A stretch of DNA of 63,004 bases, the filler included. It is 9 parts of 9 records of this genome, joined end to end, with 100 filler letters (N's around TTAATTAATTAA, not from the genome) between each part and the next. Parts side by side here need not be neighbours in the genome. Positions count along the whole stretch, not along the records: positions 29,083 to 39,928 come from SRR7504441_6110; positions 40,029 to 56,211 come from SRR7504441_6112; 7 more parts are not named here. One strand, 5' to 3'. Numbering within the stretch: position 1 is the stretch's first letter; each line of letters opens with the position of its first letter. Shown here one piece after another: positions 33,713-42,984 of this stretch. Under the pieces are notes generated by a model. It was not told the origin of the DNA. It saw only the letters and a program-made list of their open reading frames with translations, and did no database searches. Position numbers and translations under genes: made by a program.

Positions 33713-36700
33713 ATGCTCGAGTCCCAGCTGGCCGGGCTGCTCGAGCAGCTGCTCGACGATTGGTTCGAGGGAATCAGCAAAGAGGCGGTCAGCCTGTCGG
33801 TCTGGTCCGGCACCTGCGAGCTCGAAGGACTAAACCTCCGGCCTGGCCCGATCTGCGGGCTGGAGCAGCTGCCGTTCGAGGTGGTGCGCGGGCAGGTGGG
33901 CACGCTCCGCATTACCGCGGACTGGCGGGACCTGTGGTCGAGCAAGCCGGTCCGAATCGAGCTGGGGGACGTGTTCGTGTTGCTCCGACCGGCCGAGTGG
34001 CAACAGTTTGGCTGCCGGGCCCGGGCGGTCCGGCGCAAGATGTCGCAAGTAAACAAAGAGCTCTACCTGGAGCGGAAGGGGCTGGCGCGTGGGAAGATGC
34101 CACTGGCCGAGAACGCGGACAAGACCATCAGCCAGATGAGGGCCGAGCGTAAGGCTGAGAAGGAGCACAGCTGGGGCCGATGGCTGGCCGGCAAGGCGCT
34201 GGAGAAGGTGGAGCTGCGCGTGTCTAGCCTGCACGTTCGGCTGGAGGACCGTACAGTCTCGCCAGTGCCTGCCGCGGCCGGGCTGTTTCTGTCGGTGCTC
34301 GATGTGAGCTCCGAACGGCCTGACAGCGAGAGCGAGCAGCGGTTCTGCAAGAGGCTACTGGTCGAGGACTGCGGCGTCTACTGCGATTCGGATCAGGTCG
34401 AGTGGCTCGAGCCTCTCGAGTGGCTAAACGCGCCGGATCAGTTTGGTCAGAACATGGTCAGGCTGATGTCTCGCAATGCGAGAGAGCGGTTCGTGCTGCC
34501 GGCCTCGAGCATCGAGGGCTCATACAAGTACGAACCGGGCAGGCACCACCTGCAGGTGACCATGGAGCGGGTAGCGCTCTCTGCCAGGCGCGAGCAGCTG
34601 TGGGTGCTGCTGGCTCACCTCGAGAGGATCACGCTGTTTGAGCGATGGGCCAAATTCAGGGTATTTTGGGAAAGGGACCAGCGCCCGGCTAGTGGCGCCG
34701 AGTGGTGGCGTTACGCGAAAGCCTGCGCTCTCTCCGTGGTCAGGCAGGCGTCCGGGTCCCGGCTGGACCCGGCCTCGTTATCTCGGCGGCGGCGTTGCAG
34801 GCGGCAGTACACTCAGCTATACCAGGCGGCTAGGTTTAACGAAGATCGGAATGCGCAACGAGCGCTCGAAGCCCTGCAGCTCGAGCTGCCACTCCGTGAG
34901 ATCATGGCGTTCGAGTCGCTTGCATACCGCACTCTGCAGCGCAAGCTGCTGGCCGTGGACGACTACCAGTCGCAGTTGAACATTTTCGATCCGCGACGCC
35001 ATTTTGATGCGCTGCTGGCCCAGGATGTGACTGCTCTTGAGTTGAGCCCGGAGCAGGAGCGGCAAGTCCAGGCAATGATGGCCAGCGACTTGAGCGCGGT
35101 CGCCAACAGCCTTGGGGACGTGTTCCTTGTGGACGGCACGTGCGAGTTGGTTTCGGTTTCTCTGTACGACGTGGATGCCCAAGGCAAGCAGCACAGCTGG
35201 GCCCGTGCGGCGAGCTTTGAGCACAAGCTTCAGCTAGAATACGGCCCAGCCCGGTCGAGAATTGCCTATTCTGCCAATGGTGCCGAGGTGCTTCACTCCC
35301 CAAAGGTTGACTGTGGTGTGCCTTTGTTTGTGCTGTCCTGCAGTGGTCATAGTGAGGCAGAGCAGGCTTCATCAAGCTTTCAGCTCGAAATTGATGCTCC
35401 GAGCAGTATCCACAGTCAAGGCTCGCTAAGGTTCGTTGGTCACCAGCGGCTGTGTGTGACTCTGGATCAAGCATTTGTACGTAGGCTGATGGGTTTCCTG
35501 GACATCTCTCACCTAGACTTGCAGCTATTCGAAAGTGTAATGTATTCGGGTCTTCGCCAAGTACGACGATACACCACCCAACAGGCGCGCCGGATAGAAC
35601 GAGAGGCCCATTTTTGGAGTATCGACATCAGTTTCATGGCACCGCTGCTGGCCTTGCCCAGTGGATCCGGCTCAAGAGCCGAGGCATCGGCATCCGTGAA
35701 TCGCGCACCATCCATTGACGACCGCTGGTCTACTGACGCCGTCTCCCCACCAGATCGGCCCAGTCAATCTGGTCTGATACTTGATCTAGGCAAGTGCTGC
35801 TTCAAAAGCGAAAGCAAGGTCTTTGACCTCGAGACTAGCCCAAATGTTCATGAATGCGGGACTCAGAAGATTTACTGCATCATAGAAGGCGTTCGTGGGA
35901 TCGCCACCTCGACCGAATACCAGCATTGCTTCGGGTCGGAGTCTGCGCGTGCTGAGCATGAAGTTCTCCGACTGACATTACACGGTGAGGTCAAAAGAAC
36001 AGTGGTTAGCATTGTAGAGAGGGCTGATCTTGCTCTTGATTATGTGGCATCCGCGGCGTTTGTCACGCTGGACAAGGCCCAGTTCGAAACAATCTGTGCC
36101 ATTGCAGCTGAATTCATCGAATTGTATGAAGACTTGGAAGTGGCTTACAGGCGCAGCCTTTTGTGCAAGTATCCGTACAAGGGGCTCCATAGCGATAAGC
36201 TTTCGATTGATCTGCTCACTAGGGTCCACTCCAATCTTGAGGCCGCATCTCCGCAACTCGCGCCGAAGGAACTTGCAACATTGGTGACGTGCCAGCTTGG
36301 GATCGAGCATGCGGAGTTTGTGCTGCGAGGGGGGGTAGCTTCTAGCGACGTGCTACTCAAGTGTATGCTGAATGCTGGTTTGGAGATGAACAACTCAGAA
36401 CGAAAATGGGTGACTACGGCGACAATCTGGTCCTTAAAGGTTGTCAGCGGTGCATCAGTTGCACCGGCTTCAATTACCGGGTTTGAGCAGCCGATCGTGT
36501 CTTTTGAGAGCGGCTTGGACCAGCGTTGGTCTATTGACGCGATATCGCCTGCTGGATGCGATATTGTCTCAATAGATCAGCGCAGGCGCCTCCTCTCTCC
36601 AACAGCGTCACCTGTCACCTCGGCCTCCCGCGGGCCTTCGCTCTCTGCACGGATTGTTATGGCCTCGGATGTGAGGGTCTCGATTGTTGCAATAGGTCTA

Positions 36701-38422
36701 CGGATCTGTATCTCTGAGGCCTGTCTGCGAGTCTTCAAAGAGCTGACTGGCTGGCTGAAGCCTGTTTTGAAATCCACAGCAGGCTCAGACCGAAGTTCTC
36801 CCCTGGCAATCCTCTGTCAACTCGCGATCGATGACCTGGGGGTCCAGATTCACACTGCAGCTGGACATCTTGGGAAATTGAGCGTTCCTGTTGCCTCTGG
36901 GACTCTAGAGCTACAGGATGGAGTCCATCTAAGTTCACAATGTGACCTGAAGTTGTCGCTGACCACTTCTGAGCCTCAGCATTTAGTCCGAAATCATCTA
37001 GCCTGGGACATTGACGAAGCCAGCGCTGATGCATTTGCTGAAATCAAGGTGAAGGGGCTGCGAACAGAGCTAAGCTTAGTCAGTCCCTGCCAAAAGTTGC
37101 ATACTGAAGTTCACGCAAGATCCATTGTATACACCGATCTGGCTTCTCCAACGACTGCGATTTTAAGCTGTGAGGCACAAGCAGGCGTACCTGGAGTCCG
37201 TTTGACAATTGAACCGGATGACATGCAGTGCGATCTCTGCCCTGTTTCATGTGTGTGGCAGCCTGCATCGCTGGATGCTTTGGTGATTTGGAGCAAGAAC
37301 ATCTATGGTGCTTTTGCACCAGTATTTCTCACCGAGACGTCTTCGAGTTTCTCTGCACGTATTAGTGTTGTTCGGGTCGATGCAAAGCTTTGCAAGAAAC
37401 GTGGATCACCAGCTCTGATGTCATTGAGTATCTCGGTGCCTCAAGCCATGGTTGTCGTGTCCGAACTCTCCAGACTGTCGCTTCAAATCACAACACCACT
37501 GGCCGAGCTGATTGTCCACGACCTGAAGCGGGCAGATCTAGAGAGTGTCCTCAAGGTAAAGCAAGCCAAGTTTCAGTATGCTGAACGAGAAATTGGCGAC
37601 TTTGCGGTTCTTGGTGTTTCAGACGCGGAAATGGTCGTGTGCACAGAGAGCGCCCTCGACGGAATCAAAGCAATTGACACCGATATCATTGATTTGATTT
37701 TAGCTCACAAGAGCAAGAGCGAAACTGACTTCAAGTTGACCATAAGGGCGCAGGGAGCTTCGATATTACTGCAGCATGCTACTCTGAACCAAAGAAATTG
37801 CGCAGCGAGTGCTCACTGTCGAATTTTGCAGTTGGATATGGCCGATGTAGACGACACTATGAAGTGGTCAGTGTGGACCAGCGGATGCTGCGTTCTCAAC
37901 TGCTGGAGCTGCCTAGCAACCATCAGGAGGAGTACACTGTCGTTTCAGGATATCAACTTCAAGCGACAGCTCACGCTCGGGGACAAGCTTCAATTTGTTC
38001 AGATGGGATTAAGCGGCGCCTTACATCTATCCTTTCTTCCGACAGCCATACTAGCAGCATACTCCACCTGGCATAAACATGAGGCACAAAACGTAGTTGC
38101 CGTTCTCGCTCTCAGTGCAATGATATTGCTTGCGGCCCATTGGTCTTCTCGCAGCCTAGTCCTACCAGCCACTGTGCATGCCACTTCAAGCAGCATTGCA
38201 GACAACAGGAGATCTTTTCGACGAAGTTCGGTGCTTTCAATACTATCAAGCATAGCAATAGCAGCAATGCATGTTGCCAGCTTGGAGTCCGATGGCGATA
38301 AAACGTATGTCGCGAGCGCGATGGGTTTGTTCATCCTGATTTTTCAGGTCTTGTCAGTATTTGATGTCTCCTTGGTTAGTGACGTGTTAGGTCCGGTCAG
38401 GACGGCATATCAAATACCCTAA
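33713..38422 (+). CDS. Chorein_N / VPS13-like bridge-like lipid transfer protein, 1569 aa, with hydrophobic C-terminal tail
   Basis: MLESQLAGLLEQLLDDWFEGISKEAVSLSVWSGTCELEGLNLR, LHVRLED, WWRYA, RRQYTQLY (VPS13 N-terminal signatures). Confidence 0.9.
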   Translation: MLESQLAGLLEQLLDDWFEGISKEAVSLSVWSGTCELEGLNLRPGPICGLEQLPFEVVRGQVGTLRITADWRDLWSSKPVRIELGDVFVLLRPAEWQQFGCRARAVRRKMSQVNKELYLERKGLARGKMPLAENADKTISQMRAERKAEKEHSWGRWLAGKALEKVELRVSSLHVRLEDRTVSPVPAAAGLFLSVLDVSSERPDSESEQRFCKRLLVEDCGVYCDSDQVEWLEPLEWLNAPDQFGQNMVRLMSRNARERFVLPASSIEGSYKYEPGRHHLQVTMERVALSARREQLWVLLAHLERITLFERWAKFRVFWERDQRPASGAEWWRYAKACALSVVRQASGSRLDPASLSRRRRCRRQYTQLYQAARFNEDRNAQRALEALQLELPLREIMAFESLAYRTLQRKLLAVDDYQSQLNIFDPRRHFDALLAQDVTALELSPEQERQVQAMMASDLSAVANSLGDVFLVDGTCELVSVSLYDVDAQGKQHSWARAASFEHKLQLEYGPARSRIAYSANGAEVLHSPKVDCGVPLFVLSCSGHSEAEQASSSFQLEIDAPSSIHSQGSLRFVGHQRLCVTLDQAFVRRLMGFLDISHLDLQLFESVMYSGLRQVRRYTTQQARRIEREAHFWSIDISFMAPLLALPSGSGSRAEASASVNRAPSIDDRWSTDAVSPPDRPSQSGLILDLGKCCFKSESKVFDLETSPNVHECGTQKIYCIIEGVRGIATSTEYQHCFGSESARAEHEVLRLTLHGEVKRTVVSIVERADLALDYVASAAFVTLDKAQFETICAIAAEFIELYEDLEVAYRRSLLCKYPYKGLHSDKLSIDLLTRVHSNLEAASPQLAPKELATLVTCQLGIEHAEFVLRGGVASSDVLLKCMLNAGLEMNNSERKWVTTATIWSLKVVSGASVAPASITGFEQPIVSFESGLDQRWSIDAISPAGCDIVSIDQRRRLLSPTASPVTSASRGPSLSARIVMASDVRVSIVAIGLRICISEACLRVFKELTGWLKPVLKSTAGSDRSSPLAILCQLAIDDLGVQIHTAAGHLGKLSVPVASGTLELQDGVHLSSQCDLKLSLTTSEPQHLVRNHLAWDIDEASADAFAEIKVKGLRTELSLVSPCQKLHTEVHARSIVYTDLASPTTAILSCEAQAGVPGVRLTIEPDDMQCDLCPVSCVWQPASLDALVIWSKNIYGAFAPVFLTETSSSFSARISVVRVDAKLCKKRGSPALMSLSISVPQAMVVVSELSRLSLQITTPLAELIVHDLKRADLESVLKVKQAKFQYAEREIGDFAVLGVSDAEMVVCTESALDGIKAIDTDIIDLILAHKSKSETDFKLTIRAQGASILLQHATLNQRNCAASAHCRILQLDMADVDDTMKWSVWTSGCCVLNCWSCLATIRRSTLSFQDINFKRQLTLGDKLQFVQMGLSGALHLSFLPTAILAAYSTWHKHEAQNVVAVLALSAMILLAAHWSSRSLVLPATVHATSSSIADNRRSFRRSSVLSILSSIAIAAMHVASLESDGDKTYVASAMGLFILIFQVLSVFDVSLVSDVLGPVRTAYQIP

Positions 38423-38609
38423 ATTAAATTTGAGTCTATCGGCACGATCGCGCGTATTGCTCATCATGATGGATTGTAATTATTGTATTGCATTGCTGAG
38501 CCTGAATGATGCACATGATCAAACCCATACAACTCGTTTATCACGATCAATCTAATGGCACGCGTTTTTTAAAGTGGGGGGCGTCTGTCTGGTGGCCTCC
38601 GCCTCTATA

Positions 38610-39824
38610 TCACTGTGGGTTTATCTCGACGTCCAAGTGAAAATTGAGGTGGTCCTTCACGCTCAGCCTAGTCGGTACTTTGTCTCGCGCAACGTTAGTT
38701 GGCTTCTCGGACTTACAACTGCGCCCACCCCGGTCAACCAACCTGCGATGCGGTGGGCGCACATCTCAAGCACTTGGTGCCCTTGCTTAATCTCTGCGAG
38801 CTCCATGAACGCATAGCACTTAGTGCTCACCTGCACCCTATCACGAGCGGCATCAAAGCATGTACCATCTTCTTGTCGGGCTTATAATGAGAAAACTCAA
38901 AAAAGATCGCGCAGCCGGATGTCTGGCATGTCTTTATAGGCTCGGCATGCCCTTGGAGCAGCTCCAGTGAGCTCTGGAGCACGATTGTATGGTCGAATAT
39001 AATATGCTGGGGCGAGTTCTGCTCTAGGCTGTGCTTCCCTTGAGGCGTCTCCATCGGCGGTTCGAGCAGAGTGCCGTTGCCGTCTGCAGCGCCGGAGTCA
39101 GCGCAACCGGCAGATTCAGCGGTGCACCCACGACACTGATCCTGATCTGGGGGTTGATGTAGCCTGCTGAATTGGCGTCTTTCATGCCAATCCTGTCAAT
39201 GTGTAAGCGCACTGCGGTGCCGTCCACTTCGATACGAGGAGCCGCAACCTCTGTCACTGCGTTCCCCTCCAAATCCATGTTCTGGATCTGCCCGCGCCGG
39301 TGAGCCCCCGCCGCCCGGCCCGGCCACCATCCCCGTGGCCTCTACCGAGTCCAACTCGGCCCTGCCGCCCGATCATCCCCCGCCGCCCGGCCTGGCAGGA
39401 CTGTATGGGCGCGGCGATCCCAGAATACACGCTCAGGTCCAGCGGGAATTCCATCTCAGGCACTGGCTCCCGGGTTACAGCCGCGAGCACTGACCCCGCG
39501 GTCCCGCCGCAGCCCGGTTCGCCTCACACCTGGCATCAGCGACCGTATCCTGTCGGCGGACGGCCCGGAGATCCCTCCGCGCACGGTAGCACTCCGCAGC
39601 TTGAGGCTGAGCACCAGGTTGCGAAGCAGTTTCTGGCCGGGCGTTCGGGGCTGGGCCGGGCCCGCGGGCGCCTGCTCGTGTGCCGGGAGCTGGGCGCGGT
39701 CAGAGTTCCACACGGCCCGAGCCAGCGCCTCGTACCCTTCGTCCGCCTCGATCACGTGGCCCCACTCGTCGTGCTCCAGCGCCTCCGCAAACTGGGTCTT
39801 CCAGCTCCGTCGGGTCGAAGCCAT
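38610..39824 (-). CDS. AIDA: Axin interactor, dorsalization-associated protein (AIDA-type C2), multi-exon
   Basis: DEWGHVIEADEGYEALA, LHIDRIGMKDA...YINPQIRISV, AIFFEFSHYKPDKK. Confidence 0.92.
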
Positions 39825-40534
39825 CGAGTTGCTTTTTATGTGAGGAGTCAGCACTATTTATAAGTGGAGCTCAGTCCTAGGCCTGTCAATAATATTGACA
39901 GCAGCTACTCGTACAGCGTAGTCGCAGANNNNNNNNNNNNNNNNNNNNNNNNNNNNNNNNNNNNNNNNNNNNTTAATTAATTAANNNNNNNNNNNNNNNN
40001 NNNNNNNNNNNNNNNNNNNNNNNNNNNNACTGACAGACCGGCCTCGGGGGTGGGCCTGACAACAATAAATTCCCCGAGGATTATCCCTCGAACGACAGCT
40101 CCGCTAGAAAAGCACAATAACTGGCCATGGTAGAGTCTAATGCATGGATCTTCGACAGCAACCGCAACACCCTCGTCGTCCAGTACTCGAAGAATAGTAA
40201 CGACCGTCAAACTCGACCCGCCGCTTGATGTGCTCCACACACGCAGGCATCGGGAGCGAAGTTGCCTCGAACCCCGGGACTCCTGGCATCTCGGCCAGCG
40301 TGGCCACCAGCCGTCGCTGCACGGCAGGCTCGACATACGCCTGGATGATCAGAGGTGCGCTGAGCGTCGGCGGCCCGTCCCCAGGCCACGGCCGGTGCTC
40401 GTCCTCGTCGGCGGCTGGGTCGTGCCTGCACCCGTAGCTAGTCAGCCGACACCACAGGTCGGGTCACCCTGCCAGCTGTTTGAGCCGGAGCTGCAGTCTG
40501 TACGGGTTGAGCACTGCCGCCAGCGCCCCGTCAG

Positions 40535-40760
40535 GGCTTATAGGCTGCCGTCTGGTAGGTCTTCCCACCGTCGTCAGAGTACCAGATGCATCCAGGCGAG
40601 TCCGAGTAGAAGATCATCCGGCCCGCCTTTGTGATAGTCCTCTGCCCACCACCACCGGCGCCGCCACCGCCGCACTTGGTCGCCACCTCGACCTCTGTGG
40701 GTTTGGACCAGCTGGCACCATGATCGGACGACGTGACCTGGTAAATCCGATGCCAGCTCT
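40535..40760 (-). pseudogene. Isolated sialidase/BNR (Asp-box) fragment
   Basis: Two Asp-boxes, SSDHGASWS and YSDDGGKTY. No ATG or upstream exons. Confidence 0.55.
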
Positions 40761-41285
40761 GACGAGGATGGATCAAAGGGAAAAGCTGAGAGCACAAGCG
40801 TGCCAGTCAGCCCACAGCTCGCAAAGCAGCTGATGCTGCTTTGCAAGCGCCTTCGGCATTACCAGACGAAGGCTCATGGGCGGAATCTGGCAAGGCAGGA
40901 AGCAGGCGCAGAAGAAGAGGTAGAATTGACGAAGCAAGCTAATGAGATTGCTGCACAAGTGCAAGCAATGCAACACCGAAAACAGAATTTACAAGTCAAG
41001 GCTGATCCCAAAGAGCAAAGAAAGCTAGAAAAGAAGCGAGAAATCTTGAGAGAGAAATGGCAGCATGAATTGGAGGCGGTTACTCTGCTCGAGGCAGAAA
41101 TGAGTGAGCTTTCGATGGACTTTGATTATTGTCAAGGGTCCATGGCAGAAGATGAGGCGGAAGCGGAGGCGCTGGGAAGCGAAAACAACTTCCTCAACCA
41201 GCACCTGAATATCAGGAAAGGCTTTGTCAATACATGGTTACGTAGGGGCTCGTGTCTCGTGAACAGTAACTGTTATAACTACTAA
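40737..41285 (+). CDS. Coiled-coil ORF, probably a gene fragment
   Basis: E/K/Q-rich heptads. The frame opens at 40737 with no ATG until about 40833. Confidence 0.45.
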   Translation, partial: PGKSDASSDEDGSKGKAESTSVPVSPQLAKQLMLLCKRLRHYQTKAHGRNLARQEAGAEEEVELTKQANEIAAQVQAMQHRKQNLQVKADPKEQRKLEKKREILREKWQHELEAVTLLEAEMSELSMDFDYCQGSMAEDEAEAEALGSENNFLNQHLNIRKGFVNTWLRRGSCLVNSNCYNY

Positions 41286-41382
41286 TCAGACACATACGTA
41301 TGAGCAATGTGATCATGACTCGTCACGGTTCACGAACAACAGCTAAATTGTTCATTTCAAGTAATTTTTATGCCGTACGATT

Positions 41383-42792
41383 CTAGGAGGATAGGGCACT
41401 GTCCCCCCCAGGGGCGGGGACGTTGGGGCTGGCCTTCGTTTCGGGCTTGTCTTCTATCAACCATACATTTGCCGGTTCGCGGAAGACAGAGAGCTCGCCG
41501 CCTCCCATCCTTGTATTGGTTGTATCTATCAATTTCTCGTTGCCGTCACTTTTCGCGTTGCCAGTGTACGCTCGATCGCCATAGAAGATCTCCTTGTTGT
41601 GAAGCCCTGGTGTGTAGCCGCGGAGGCGCTGAATATAAGATGTGAATGTTGACAGTCTAGTCCCCACAAATAAGTTGGCTTCGACACAAATCAGCTGCTC
41701 AACCATGCCAATCAAATGAAAAGGCGTCTCGGCCTTGGGCGGCATGTCCTTCCAGAAGTGCAGCTTATACCCAGCCTGCCTGAAAGGTGAAAAGAACTCC
41801 ATGTTGCTCTCATCTGTTGAGATGTACAGAGTGCGTTTCCCACTCCTCTCAATCAAAGGCTTCAGATTCTGCCAGAGCTTGGCAGCTCCTAGCTTGACTT
41901 CCTTGTACTGGAAGTCGCCCCTGCGGATATGCAGAGCTGTGTAGCTGCCTATCCCGCCCAGAAAGGCCACCGCCTTGGCTGCCCGCTCCCAGACTGAATG
42001 CTCGTAGTGCACGTAGTTTCTCATCATCCGCTTCATCTCCCTGTCGTGCCTCGGCTCTGCAAACACCACAAACGTGTGCCAGGTGCCGAGCAGCCGGAAC
42101 CGATCGTGGTCCACCTTGAGCACCTCAGCGTCCCACAGCCGTGTGCCCGGCCCAATATCGACTAGCTCTCGGTCACTCACCTGATTCGCCAGCCTGTCCT
42201 GAGGCAGCTGCGCGCGCACTTTCTGCATCGAGGGCCAGGCCACTGCGTTGCGGAGCGGGAGCAGTTTGATGCTCTCGGTGGCCATCCGGTGTTTGAGCGT
42301 GCGCGAGTGGAAAGTCTCCCAGCTGATGCAGGGCACGATCCGCTGCAGCGCCTCCATGTCGAAGAAGTCGTTGAACCCTAGCGCGGCCGACCCGAGCAGG
42401 TACCACTTCTCCTTCTGCGGGAGAACCAGGCTCCGGCCGGTGAGCAGCGCCAGCACGATCTGGATCTCGAACGCCAGCCTGATATTGTTGAACCCTCCGT
42501 GGTCCACACTGATCAGCATATACTTGCCCGGCCGCCCAATCGGCAGCCAGCTCCGGTCCGGGGACCCGAAATGCGACCAGTACCGCATCCGGTCGAGCAG
42601 CCGAGCAGCCGCGGGGCGGGGCTTCTGGCTGGGCTGCGGCAGAGCGAGCGGGTCGCGGGAGATCTTGGGCCTCGGGCCGCGCGCCACCCGCGGCTGCGGA
42701 CCCGGACCCTGGTGGAGCGCCAAGTTCATGATGCTCAGCGAGCCGAGGATGCCCACCAGGCAGATCGGGATCAGCCGCCGCACCCACCCCAT
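41383..42792 (-). CDS. O-fucosyltransferase family (POFUT2-like) type II membrane protein, intronless
   Basis: N-terminal TM. GGFNNIRLAFE, YTALHIRRGDF, LYISTDE, VEQLIC...FVGTRLSTFT. Confidence 0.92.
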   Translation of the reverse strand: MGWVRRLIPICLVGILGSLSIMNLALHQGPGPQPRVARGPRPKISRDPLALPQPSQKPRPAAARLLDRMRYWSHFGSPDRSWLPIGRPGKYMLISVDHGGFNNIRLAFEIQIVLALLTGRSLVLPQKEKWYLLGSAALGFNDFFDMEALQRIVPCISWETFHSRTLKHRMATESIKLLPLRNAVAWPSMQKVRAQLPQDRLANQVSDRELVDIGPGTRLWDAEVLKVDHDRFRLLGTWHTFVVFAEPRHDREMKRMMRNYVHYEHSVWERAAKAVAFLGGIGSYTALHIRRGDFQYKEVKLGAAKLWQNLKPLIERSGKRTLYISTDESNMEFFSPFRQAGYKLHFWKDMPPKAETPFHLIGMVEQLICVEANLFVGTRLSTFTSYIQRLRGYTPGLHNKEIFYGDRAYTGNAKSDGNEKLIDTTNTRMGGGELSVFREPANVWLIEDKPETKASPNVPAPGGDSALSS

Positions 42793-42984
42793 CCGCCGTG
42801 TGCGGCTGGCGCCGTGTGCGGCTGGCTCTACCCCTGCAGCGAGCGGCCTATCGCTTGCTGTCCGGCCGCGGCCGGCTCGCTCAACAACGGACGCGGCGCT
42901 GCGTCGCCGGGCCGATAGCGCAGGAGCCACGCGTGCAGCCAAGAGGCGGCCAAGAGGCAGCCACAAGAGGCGGCCAAGAGCGTC

